Assembly (NCBI GenBank): GCA_963766075.1
Contig: CAVYAN010000126.1
Location: 1 to 39,840, forward strand
Length of the DNA stretch: 39,840 nt
Direction of reading: 5' to 3'
From: an uncultured cyanobacterium
Lineage (GTDB): Bacteria; Cyanobacteriota; Cyanobacteriia; Leptolyngbyales; Leptolyngbyaceae
Shown here piece after piece: positions 10,447 through 20,900 of this stretch. The notes under the pieces were generated by a model. It was not told where the DNA came from. It made no database searches and saw nothing but the letters and a program-made list of their open reading frames with translations. A program made the translations under genes and the position numbers. How positions within the stretch are numbered: position 1 is the stretch's first letter; each line of letters opens with the position of its first letter.

Positions 10447-11850
10447 CTACCGGGCCTGACTGGCGCGGTTGATGCGATCGCTAAGCTGCCGCAGCGTCTG
10501 AGCCAACTGCTGATCCTGCTCCTTCAACTTGTTGATCTTGTCACAGCTATATAGCACGGTTGTATGGTCCTTACCGCCAAACTCTTCCCCAATCTTGGGC
10601 AAGCTTAACGCGGTATGCTGCCGCATCAAGTACATGCCAATTTGACGGGCCACGCTAATTTCCTTGCGGCGGGAGCTGCCTTTGAGGTCTTCCGCTGGTA
10701 CGCCAAATGCCTCCACGATCGCCCGAATAATCGCTTCTGGAGACGCTTCTGCCTGCTCGACAGGCGGATTGAGAATCGGAGTGATGTTTTCTACGGTCAG
10801 TGGGAGACCAGAGATCGAGGTATAGGCCACCGCCCGAATCAAGGCTCCCTCCAGTTCGCGAATGTTGGAGGTATAGCTAGAGGCAATGTACTCGATCACC
10901 TCGCGCTGCAGGCGAATTTTTTCATACTCGGCTTTCTTTTGCAGAATGGCCATGCGAGTTTCCAGATCCGGCGGCTGAATGTCTGCGATCAGGCCCATGG
11001 AAAAACGGGAGCACAGCCGCTCCTGTAGGCGCGGAATTTGGTTCGGGGGACGGTCCGACGCTAAAACTACCTGCTTGCCAGCTTCATGCAGACTGTTGAA
11101 GGTGTGGAAAAACTCTTCCTGGGTGTATTCCTTGCCCTCAATGAATTGAATATCGTCCACCAGCAGCACGTCCACCGCGCGGTAAAGTTCGCGAAAAGTC
11201 TGCATGCTGTCGCGCCGAATGGCGGTAATCAGATCATTGGTAAATTGCTCCGTCGAGACGTAAAACACCTTCGCGTGGGGATTAATTTCCTGGCGATAGT
11301 GCCCGATCGCCTGCATTAAGTGAGTCTTCCCCAGCCCTACCCCGCCACAGAGAAACAGCGGATTAAACTCGCGCCCCGGCGACTCGGCCACGGCCAAGGA
11401 CGCGGCATGGGCCATGCGATTGTTGGCCCCGACGACCAGGCGGGAGAAGACATATTTTTGATTGAGCTCGCTGTAGCGAATGCCATTCGTAGACTGGTTG
11501 GCCACTTGAGGTGTGGGAGGCGGCAGTTCCGGCGGCTGGGTGTCCATCATGGCCGGGGTCCAGAAGGCTTCCGGATCGTCTCCTTCTGTGTCATCCCCTG
11601 CCGTCACCACAAAGTGAATCTCGACGGGATGTCCAACAATGTCGCGGACGACATCGGCAACGGTGCGAATATAGTACTTTTGAATCCAGTTCCGAGCGAA
11701 GGGCGTCGGGGTACGAATCACTAGCCGCTTCTCGTCTAAATCATCCACCGTCGCCGACTTAATCCAGGTTTCAAAGGTTGGGCGACTGAGCAAGAATTGC
11801 AGCTTTTCGAGCACCTGCACCCAAAACTCTTCTAGGGACATTTCCACCAC
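10447..11850 (-). CDS. dnaA: Chromosomal replication initiator DnaA
   Basis: [58 protein letters not shown]. Confidence 0.98.
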   Translation of the reverse strand: MVEMSLEEFWVQVLEKLQFLLSRPTFETWIKSATVDDLDEKRLVIRTPTPFARNWIQKYYIRTVADVVRDIVGHPVEIHFVVTAGDDTEGDDPEAFWTPAMMDTQPPELPPPTPQVANQSTNGIRYSELNQKYVFSRLVVGANNRMAHAASLAVAESPGREFNPLFLCGGVGLGKTHLMQAIGHYRQEINPHAKVFYVSTEQFTNDLITAIRRDSMQTFRELYRAVDVLLVDDIQFIEGKEYTQEEFFHTFNSLHEAGKQVVLASDRPPNQIPRLQERLCSRFSMGLIADIQPPDLETRMAILQKKAEYEKIRLQREVIEYIASSYTSNIRELEGALIRAVAYTSISGLPLTVENITPILNPPVEQAEASPEAIIRAIVEAFGVPAEDLKGSSRRKEISVARQIGMYLMRQHTALSLPKIGEEFGGKDHTTVLYSCDKINKLKEQDQQLAQTLRQLSDRINRASQAR

Positions 11851-12313
11851 GCGTTTTTACCCCCAACCAAGGACAATCTGAATCAATGAGCGGACCGTGA
11901 AAATCACCTCAGCGACGGAAACAAGCTAGCGGGAACAAGAAATGCACCGCCTAGCCCTGGCCCCTGAGGGGTACGTCAGATAGGAGCAAGTCAGATAATT
12001 TTAAGGAATCAGATCACCCAGGACCCCGAAAGCAAACTTGATCTACAGCAAAGCAGATCCGAAAGAATTCTGCCCGAATCAACACAACAATTAGCGGTTT
12101 GGCCTAGATCCACGTAGCACATATAGCGTTCACTCGACGATCTCTGCGGCAACCGTGACGGTCCTTTGCAACGGACAAGGTTCTAAGAATAGCGAAGATA
12201 GCCTGCGATCGCAAGCCAAAAAATCAACCCGCCGCCTCGCCCGCATTGCCCGCCAAAGTCAACCCACTATCGCACCCTAAATCCCAGCATAGAGCCTACC
12301 AATCCTTCTAATC

Positions 12314-14504
12314 CTACCAATCTGCTACAATTCGGCTCAATTCCGAAATATTGAGCTGATCCTGTGCGAAGGACTTTCTGAGAAGTGATTCAGGAATAAA
12401 TTCATCGTACTTCTGAATCTTGGGTGCTTCCTCCGGCTTTAGGAGATCTTCGGGTTTGAGCCGTTTGTCTGCGAGGGATCGAATCTCCTGGCGTAGTGCG
12501 TCCACGGAGCATTCCCCGAGGTTGAGGACGATGTAATAGGGCGATCGCCCATAGACACCCTTAAACTTGAGCGCATCCCGACAGTGCAGCCGCAGATACC
12601 GCTCCAGGGTGCGATAGGCGACGGTGCCGGCCCAGGGCAATATGCAGCAAAAGTTATCCTCCAGGGGAAAGAGATAGTTCCGGTCCAGGGCATACTTTTG
12701 GGCCAGATGGCGTGCTTGTTGGAGCCGTGCCCGCGCGCCCGGTTGCAGGTAGGGATAGACGGTAGTTTCCATAAGCACTTTCTGCATTCGCTGCAAAATT
12801 CGGGTGTGGATCTCGCCACTGCTGCCGCGCCACGATAGGGTGGATGCGCCAATGGAGGGCTGCACCGTCACTCGATGCAGTTTGCTGTTGACCTCGGCGG
12901 CCTGCCAGGTGCGGCCTGCTAGGGAAAAGCGATCGCCCACGTTAGGCGACTGCACAATCGAGCCGATCGCCGCTCCATTGAACAGCACCGTATATTCCTG
13001 TTGATCGGGGAAAATGGCATAGAACTTAAAGCTGCCGACAATTTTTTCTCCTGCGAGGCCGACAATCAGACCGTTTTCCTTGGTTTTTTGAATATGGTCC
13101 AGGGCAATCAACTGCCGCAGGAATAGGCGAAAATCCTCCTGGGTAATTTTGCAAAAGGGCGGCAAGGTCAGCACCTGCTGGGCCAAGGCCGCCGGACTCA
13201 GCTCGCCCAGGGACACCAGGATGCTCAGAGTTTGCTGATACAGCAGGCTAAAGGGATACTGAACCGGGGCGATCGGTTCGATCCATTTTTCTTCCAAGTA
13301 CAACTGGATGATAGCAATGCACTGCAAAAGCTGCCAAGGAATTTGCTGTGCCAGTTCGTCCGCCACGCAGGGGGCCTCCTCCTGGCAAATGAACCGCATA
13401 TCCGCCGGACTGCCCCGCCGCCCTGATCGCCCCAAGCGCTGCAAAAAACTCGCCACCGACCCAGGGGATTCCAGTTGAATCACCCGGTCCAACTGGCCCA
13501 AATCAATCCCCATTTCAAAGGTCACCGTGGCCGCTGTCACTGTGGGACCGGGAGCATCCCGCATGGCATTTTCCGCCGCTTCCCGGAGTTGGGCGGAAAT
13601 ACTGCCATGGTGGACATGGTAAATATCGGCTTCGCCCTTAGCCGTGGCAATTTGGCGCAGTTGGGCAATCACATTCTCCGTTTCCATGCGCCCGTTGGCA
13701 AAAATCAGGCATTTCCGGTCTTTACTTTGATTGAATAAGTAAATGTGGCAGGGATTGAATGCTTGATCGCGGCGCATCGCCTTGGGCCCGAACCACCAAG
13801 CCCGGATCGAAAAAATGCTCAAGAGAGAGATGGATCGTGCGCGGGGTCGCATCCAGAGGCGGCGTAACCACCGGATTGGGAGTGCCCGATCGCAGCCAGT
13901 CCTCCGCCATGCCATAGTCACCCAAGGTGGCCGACAGACCAATTCGCCGATGGGCATTCTGGGTCAATTTGCTAAGGCGCGACAGTTGACACAGCAGTTG
14001 CGCCCCGCGATCGCTGCCAATAAAGGTATGCACTTCGTCAATGATCACGAACCGCAAATCGCCAAAGATCCGCTGCAAATCCGCATGCTTATTCACCAGC
14101 AGGCTTTCTAAGGATTCCGGCGTAATTTGCAGAATGCCCTGAGGATTTTTTAGCAGTCGCTTTTTTTGGCTTTGGGCCACATCTCCATGCCATGCCCACA
14201 CCGGAATGTCGGCGTACTGGAGCAGATCATTGAGGCGATCGAACTGGTCGTTAATTAGCGCCTTAATCGGTCCCACATAGAGCGCGCCCACGGTCTGGGG
14301 TGGATCGTCATAGAGTCTAGTCAGGACCGGTAAAAACGCCGCCTCAGTTTTCCCCGCTGCGGTCCCCGCCGCTACCAACAAATGCGCATCCGTATCAAAA
14401 ATTACGTTGCAGGCGGCGATCTGTACAGGGCGCAAATCGGCCCAACCCTGGGCAAAGATAAAGTCTTGGATAAACGGGGCCAGTCGATGGAAGGATTGGG
14501 ACAT
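12314..14504 (-). CDS. Lhr-like (BrxHI-like) DEAD/DEAH-box SF2 helicase; frameshift near 13770-13790
   Basis: AGTAAGKTEAA, ITPESLE, IIDEVH, GLSAT in ORF 13722..14504; HHGSIS, ATVTFEMGIDLG, QRLGRSGRR in ORF 12314..13957. Confidence 0.87.
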
Positions 14505-14530
14505 GGGGTGTGGGGCATGGGGGGTGTGGA

Positions 14531-15094
14531 CTATCCGACACCCAACAATTCCACATCAAACAGCAGGGTCGCGTTGGGGGGAATTGGGCCAATGCCACGG
14601 GCTCCATAGCCAAGATCAGGAGGAATGACCAAATTGCGCCGACCGCCGACTTTCATGGTGGCGACGCCTTCGTCCCAGCCTTTAATCACTTGGCCCACGC
14701 CGATGGTGAATTCAAAGGGCTGGTTGCGATCGCGGGAGCTATCGAATTTTGTGCCGTCTTGCAAGGTGCCGGTGTAGTGCACTTTCACTTTCTTGCCGAT
14801 GGTTGGGGCATCACCCGTGCCCACTACTACATCGGTGTATTGCAATCCGGAATCGGTCGTCGTCATCGCTAGGTCTCCTGTTGATTTGGGGCTGGTGGAT
14901 GGGGGAGCGGCTTCTGCGATCAGCACGGGGGCCGCCAAAGCCGTTGGGGTTTCTATCGGGCTTTCTGCTGGGCTTTCCAAAGGGGTGGGAGTCGGGAGGT
15001 TCCCCGCGATCGCCCGATTGCCACCAATCTGGGATACGACCAGCAATAGAAAACAGGCAACCATGACACCAAGGCTGATTAAAATTTCTTTCAC
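14531..15094 (-). CDS. FKBP-type peptidyl-prolyl cis-trans isomerase with N-terminal signal/anchor
   Basis: [47 protein letters not shown]. Confidence 0.95.
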   Translation of the reverse strand: MKEILISLGVMVACFLLLVVSQIGGNRAIAGNLPTPTPLESPAESPIETPTALAAPVLIAEAAPPSTSPKSTGDLAMTTTDSGLQYTDVVVGTGDAPTIGKKVKVHYTGTLQDGTKFDSSRDRNQPFEFTIGVGQVIKGWDEGVATMKVGGRRNLVIPPDLGYGARGIGPIPPNATLLFDVELLGVG

Positions 15095-15374
15095 GGAAGA
15101 TCTCCTGGGGGTATCGGCTTCGCTCGCCTATTTTACCGGAAAGCGGTGGGAGCGCACAGGTCAGGGATTGACGATTAGGCTCCGGGCTGACGATTAGGCG
15201 CTGCGATCGGGTACATGCAGAGGATAGAGAACGTAGGAAGCAAGCCCTCTATCAGGCTGTAATTAAAGATTGCCGAAAAATAAAGTTTTCCAACAAACTG
15301 CTCTACCTCCCGGAGTCGCAGACTAGAGTGAAAACAAACTTTGACAGCGTGTCGTAGTTGCAGGAGCAAACGCC

Positions 15375-17174
15375 ATGGGCATGACTCGACGGGATGCGAT
15401 CAAGCTTGGGTTAGTGGCGGGTGGCGGTCTGGTTTCGCCCTTTGGTCCGCCCTTTGGCCTAGAGCAATCGGCCATGGCGGCTCCGCGTTGCCAGCCTGGA
15501 GCACCGCCTGCGGCTCCCTTTAGCCCCCAACTGAAGCGATTTAGCGTACCGTTACCGTTGCCGCCGTTGCTCTCGCCCCATCAGACCACTGCCGACACGG
15601 ATTGCTATGAAATTGAAGTGCAGGAAACCGTGCTCCGACTATCTACCGAGTTAACGGACAATACACCGATTACGCTAACCTTGCCCGTGTGGGGCATGCG
15701 CGGTCGGGGGCAGACTGAGTTTAGCGCCCCTGGCCCCTTAATTCGTCAGCGCGGCGGCGGCAAAGCGCGGGGCGGACGGCAGTCCATGATTCGCTTTCTG
15801 AATCGCCTCCCGGTTGTGCCGGGATTGCCCGCGATCGATCCGCTACAAGCCTGTCAACGGCATGAACCGGGCAATCCCAACCGCAATAGCTTTGTGGTGC
15901 ATATGCATGGCATGAACTCATTGCCCTACTACGATGGCTATGCGTTGGACTGCATTCCGCCCAACTATTACAAAGACTACGTATATCCCAATGACTCCCA
16001 AGGCACTCTGTGGTATCACGATCATTCCATGGACCGAACCTCGGAAAATGTCTATGCGGGATTGGCGGGGATGTATTTGGTGGAAACGGATGAGGAGAAA
16101 GGTATTGGGCTCCCGGATGTCGCCTATGACATTCCCCTGATGATTCAGGATCGAATGTTTGATGCTACAGGTCGGATGCGGTGCTTCAATGCCAACAATC
16201 ACACGAGTTTCTACGGTGATGTGATCTTAGTGAATGGTGCCCCTTTTCCCGTGCTAGAAGTGGAGCGGCGGCCCTATCGATTTCGGTTGCTGAATGCCTC
16301 GCTGTCGCGTACCTATCAATTGGCCCTCAGTCAACCGAATATCGAAAAAAGCATCGGGGGCACCATCGCGGTCATTGGCACTGACGAAGGCTTCCTGCCC
16401 AGTCCGGTCTATGTTAGTACCGCTTGTCAGACGATCGCCCTGGGAGTCGCGGAACGCTATGACATTGTGATTGATTTCTCGCAGTACCAGAGCGGTGAAA
16501 AGGTCTACTTAAGGAATGTCGGATTTACGGGCACTCCCGATACTGACGATCGCCCCCATACGATTATGCAGTTCAAGATTTTGGCGGGCGATTGCCTGCC
16601 GGGGGAACTGCCCACGACGCTGCCCTCCGAATTCCGGGAAATTCCCGAAAGTCAAGCCCTTCGCACCCGCAGCTTTCGGTTTAACAAAAGTGGAGCCTTT
16701 TGGACCATCAACGGCAAAACCTGGGAGTCTAGTCGTTTCGATGCCAATCCCGGCCTTAACGATGTCGAAATTTGGGAGTTTATTAACCAGGGCAGTGGCT
16801 GGGTCCATCCCATCCATCCGCATTTAGTCCGGTTTAGGATTTTGGATCGCAACGGCATTGCGCCGCCCTGTTATCAACGGGGGTGGAAGGATGTGGTGCT
16901 GGTGGGGGCCCTGGAGCGGGTGCGGGTATTGGCCCAGTTTTCGCCCCATGCCGGAAAGTACATGATGCACTGCCACAATTTGGTCCACGAAGATCACGCC
17001 ATGATGACTCAGTTTGAGGTGGGCAGTGGCGGTGCCAGTCCCCTGTCCAAACCGGCACAGCCGATTCCAGTCAGTTTGCCCGAGATGAGCCCGCCGCCCT
17101 GGGTGGAAACACCCCTCCCAGCGATCGCCAATCCGCCAGAACCCTGCCCGGCACCAAATTGTGCCTTGCCATAG
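15375..17174 (+). CDS. Tat-exported three-domain multicopper oxidase (CotA/bilirubin oxidase-like)
   Basis: TRRDAIK Tat motif; copper motifs VHMHG, WYHDH, HPIHPH, HCHNLVHEDHAMM; AGGAG RBS. Confidence 0.92.
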   Translation: MGMTRRDAIKLGLVAGGGLVSPFGPPFGLEQSAMAAPRCQPGAPPAAPFSPQLKRFSVPLPLPPLLSPHQTTADTDCYEIEVQETVLRLSTELTDNTPITLTLPVWGMRGRGQTEFSAPGPLIRQRGGGKARGGRQSMIRFLNRLPVVPGLPAIDPLQACQRHEPGNPNRNSFVVHMHGMNSLPYYDGYALDCIPPNYYKDYVYPNDSQGTLWYHDHSMDRTSENVYAGLAGMYLVETDEEKGIGLPDVAYDIPLMIQDRMFDATGRMRCFNANNHTSFYGDVILVNGAPFPVLEVERRPYRFRLLNASLSRTYQLALSQPNIEKSIGGTIAVIGTDEGFLPSPVYVSTACQTIALGVAERYDIVIDFSQYQSGEKVYLRNVGFTGTPDTDDRPHTIMQFKILAGDCLPGELPTTLPSEFREIPESQALRTRSFRFNKSGAFWTINGKTWESSRFDANPGLNDVEIWEFINQGSGWVHPIHPHLVRFRILDRNGIAPPCYQRGWKDVVLVGALERVRVLAQFSPHAGKYMMHCHNLVHEDHAMMTQFEVGSGGASPLSKPAQPIPVSLPEMSPPPWVETPLPAIANPPEPCPAPNCALP

Positions 17175-17189
17175 GGTGACGCCCGTGCC

Positions 17190-18486
17190 CTACTCGCCAT
17201 CGACCGCGATCGCCCCAATCGTGCCAATGGTGCCATCTGCCTGCACCGTCCACACCTCATAGGTGCCCATGACATCACCCTGGGCATTCAGATCTACCGC
17301 GCCACTCGCGCCTTGGTAGTTCACCTTTTGCCCTGCCCGGATTAGGGTCAAGGCCGGACAAATCTCCGTCACTTTTTCTCCCGGCGGGTTAGAAATTTGT
17401 CGGATCGCCTCCCGAATCGCGTCCCCCCGAGACGCCTTTGCCTTCTCCGCCGCCAAAATTAGGAGCACGGTGGCATCCCATGTATTGGGGTCAAAAATCT
17501 TCGGCGATCGCCCAAATTTCTGGGCATACTGCGTCTGAAACGGCTTGAGCGCCGGACCGCCGGGACTGGGAGCCGTGCCGATGATGCCCGCTGCCACAAA
17601 ATCCCCCCGACTATTGCGGCCTGCTAACTCCGCCAGTTTGGCTTCCTTCATGCCGTCTGTGACCAATACCTCCGTATGTTTGCCCAGGAGACCCTGCTGA
17701 TAGGCCGCTTTCAAAATCAGGCTGCCCGTTTCGGGGTAGGCAATCAGCAGTACGGCATCGGGCAGGCCATTGGGACCCGGACGAAAGGCATCGTTGACAA
17801 TGGAGTCAAAGGTGGAACTATCCGGCGGATAGCGAGTGGGCTTATCTTTGTTGACTACGGTGCCGCCCAGCTTTTCAAATTCGGGCGTAAATGCTGTTAG
17901 TAAGCCGTTGCCATAGTCGTTATTCACCGCTAGGACGGCAATGGTTTTATAGCCCTGGGTTTTGGCGAGTTTAGCCAGGGCCTTGCCTTGAAAGGTGTCA
18001 GGCGGCGCGGTCCGAAACCAAAAGCCCTGAAAGTCGCCTTGGCGGGCGCGATCGTTAAAGACTGGGCTGGTGCTGGAGGGAGAAATCATCACAGCTTGGT
18101 GCCGCACCGCACTATCGATCGTCGCGCTGGCCACCGAACTGGAGGCTCCCCCAACGATGCCCGTCACGCGATCGCTCTGTAAGCTTTGTCATGGCGGCAG
18201 AGGCGGCAGCAGGATCGGTTTGATCATCGGCGGCCACCAGCGCGATCGGCTGGCCCAACACGCCCCCACAGGCATTGGCCGTATCCACCGCCCATTGGGC
18301 TGTATCCTGCATGGCAGAACCATAGGGCGACAAATCCCCGGTAATCGGCAACAGGGTGCCAATTTTGAGGCGATCGGGTGGGGCAGGTGGCGGTTGACAG
18401 GCGGACAACCCCAGTAATCCGGCCACAAGCAGCAGATAGATTCCCCGCCTTGGCCCGGTCTGACGCCGTTGCGATCGCTGAATCAT
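17190..18486 (-). CDS. Branched-chain/neutral amino acid ABC transporter substrate-binding lipoprotein; frameshift near 18175
   Basis: Lipobox LSAC, LKIGTLLPITG, ADDQTDP in one frame; ISPSSTSP, WFRTAPPD, NDYGNG, YQGASG in ORF 17190..18167. Confidence 0.85.
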
Positions 18487-18951
18487 CCCCCCATCCTCCC
18501 GAATTTCGTAGGTATTTAAACTCACTTGGAGCTGCGTGATTTCTCCCCTATGCCAGTCATCAAAACTGGCATAGGGCCACACCTGGAACAATTCGTAGTC
18601 TAGGATAGTCTTGCACTGAGGAGACGTTCGACCCGTGGGCGATGGGCCAAACCCCTGGGGAGACTCGAAGTGAGTCGGTCCACGGGGCCACTCTAGTGGG
18701 GCTAACTCAAGCCTATCGCGACGGGTGAGCCGTCCTGATTTACAAGGGACGGTGAATGCTTCAGAATAAAGGGCGGCCAACCGAGACAAGTTTGTGGCTC
18801 GTGTGCTGATCCCAAATTCTGGTTCGGACGCTGTCCCAGCGGGCTTTTGTTTCCAGTGATGTCCACGGTATTGAGAGTACCTTCGCTACATTGCTCTATT
18901 AGGTTTGGGTCTGCGGTTTACCTACACATGGCATTGTTGCCAGGAGAATTC

Positions 18952-19746
18952 ATGAAATCATTGGTACGTTGGAGTACGGCAGCGGGGTTAGTGGGCAGTT
19001 TGGTGCTGGGCACCGTGGTGGCAGGGGCTTCGCGGGCGTTGGCTATTCCCCAGGATCAAATCCTGCAAAAGCTGCGTCCGGTGCCCGTGTTTACTATTGC
19101 GAATGGCCAGGGTGCGCCGTTGGTGGCATCGCCCCCCAATGGTGAAAAAGGACGGGCAGTAGCGGGAGTCTTTATTAGTCGCACCGATGCTCAAGCCTTT
19201 CTAGAAAACCTCAAAGCTAAAAATCCTGAGCTGGCTAAGGGCGTTCAGGTGGTGCCTATTTCTTTGGCAGAGGTGTACAAGTTGAATCAGGATAGCAAGA
19301 GCAAGCCCGATGGGTTGGGCTTTGCCTATGTGCCTTCCCAAATCCAGGTCAATACGGCCCTAGACCTGCTCAAAAAGAGCGGCCAAGATGTAAAGCAGTT
19401 CGGCGGTACCCCTCTATTCGTGGCACGCGGTGGCAAGGATAAAGGCTACCTGACGATTGAGCAGGGGAGTGCGGACGGGAAAAAGACCAGCGTGATTCCC
19501 ATGTTCTTTAAGAAAGAGGACTTGCAGGGACTTTTGGAGCAGTTCAAGCAGCAGCAGCCGACCCTGGCCCCCACGATTGAGGTACAGGTGCTGGCCCTAG
19601 AGGGTTTGATGCAGGTGTTACAAACGAAGGATGATCCGCAGCTTAACCAAATTGTATTGATTCCGCCTCGGGAGTCTTTGGAGTTTGTTCGGTCGCAGAT
19701 GCAGCAGTCAGGCAAACCTCAAGCCGCTCCTGCGCCCAAGAAGTAG
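18952..19746 (+). CDS. tic22: Tic22 family periplasmic chaperone
   Basis: KLRPVPVFTI, VAGVFIS..DAQAF, FGGTPLF, IPMFFKKEDL; AGGAG RBS before ATG 18952; directly upstream of prmC. Confidence 0.9.
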   Translation: MKSLVRWSTAAGLVGSLVLGTVVAGASRALAIPQDQILQKLRPVPVFTIANGQGAPLVASPPNGEKGRAVAGVFISRTDAQAFLENLKAKNPELAKGVQVVPISLAEVYKLNQDSKSKPDGLGFAYVPSQIQVNTALDLLKKSGQDVKQFGGTPLFVARGGKDKGYLTIEQGSADGKKTSVIPMFFKKEDLQGLLEQFKQQQPTLAPTIEVQVLALEGLMQVLQTKDDPQLNQIVLIPPRESLEFVRSQMQQSGKPQAAPAPKK

Positions 19747-19784
19747 TTAGGACATTTGACTAGAATTTGACTGGATATTTGGCC

Positions 19785-20722
19785 ATGGATAATGCTGGGC
19801 TCTCGTCTTTCGGTTTGAGGCGGGAGCTTGGTGTTTTGGGTGAAGACCTCTGGCAGTGGCGTCAGTGGGCGCTGACTACCGCGATCGCCGCCGATATTTC
19901 TCCTACTGAAGTCGATTGGCTGCTCCGGGCCGTCTCGGATCTTGATGCCTTGGCCCTGCGGGTAGAGTCTTTTCGGACCCGTTCGACTATTCCCCTCTCC
20001 CATTCCATCGTGGCGCTGGAAGCCCTGTGGCAAAGGCGAATTACGGATCGCGTCCCTGTCCAATACCTCATCGGTCGAACGATCTGGCGGGAATTCTGTC
20101 TCCAGGTTTCCCCTGCCGTGTTAATTCCCCCGCCCCGAAACTGAATGTCTGATCGACATTGCCCAAGTCACCGTGCCCCCCGGCTCCCCGATCGCTGGTC
20201 CCCACAGCCACTGGGCTGATCTGGGCACCGGCAGTGGTGCGATCGCGCTGGGTCTTGCCACCGCCTTTCCCCAGGCCCAGATCCATGCAGTGGATGTGAG
20301 TCCGGCAGCCTTAGCGATCGCCCACAGGAATGCTGAGACCTATGGCTTGGGCGATCGCATTCACGGGCACCTGGGGCGATGGTTTGAGCCTCTGGCCCAC
20401 CTCGCCGGACAACTGAGCGGCATGGTTTCTAACCCCCCCTACATTCCCAATGCGGATGTGCCCCACCTCCAGCCAGAAGTGGCGCGGCACGAACCCCATC
20501 TTGCCCTCGATGGGGGCTCCGATGGCCTCGACTGCGTACAGATTTTGATCGATGCAGCCCCGAATTACCTGGTTTCTGGTGGCCTCTGGCTGGTGGAATT
20601 GATGCAGGGGCAGGCAACGACGGTGGCCCAGCGGTTGCACCAGCACCCCGGATTACCACCAGATTGAAATCCATGCTGATCTGTCGGGAATTGCCCGATT
20701 TGTACTGGCTCGTCGCCGTTAA
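19785..20722 (+). CDS. prmC: Release factor N5-glutamine methyltransferase; two apparent +1 frameshifts (C runs at 20127-20131 and 20646-20649)
   Basis: PVQYLIG, VLIP[RPETE], ADLGTGSGAIA, SNPPY, HEPHLALDGG; corrected frame ends DLSGIARFVLARRR* at 20722. Confidence 0.88.
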
Positions 20723-20732
20723 GGGTGGGGGA

Positions 20733-20839
20733 GTGGCTTTCGGCTCCGCTCAATCCACAGGTCGATGTATGAGGGAGGGTGGCTTTCGACTCCGCCCAAT
20801 CCACAGGCTGATGTATGAGGGCTGAGCGAAGTCGAAGCC
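20733..20839. repeat. REP-like palindromic element: two 46-bp-period direct repeats plus an inverted arm
   Basis: gtggctttcggctccgctcaatccacagg...tgtatgagg (20733-20774) repeated at 20779-20820; gctgagcgaagtcgaagcc (20821-20839) is complementary to the 5' part; lies between convergent genes. Confidence 0.7.
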
Positions 20840-20900
20840 CGGTTGCGCCCATAGCCCGCAAGGCCCTAAGACGGGCCATCCCGTGGTTACCCCCGGCCCC

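Noticed and set aside
11851..12313. oriC upstream of dnaA
   Set aside because: No DnaA-box cluster or clear AT-rich unwinding element seen
20733..20839. Possible mini CRISPR array
   Set aside because: Only two repeats, nearly contiguous with no unique spacers, and no cas genes in the window
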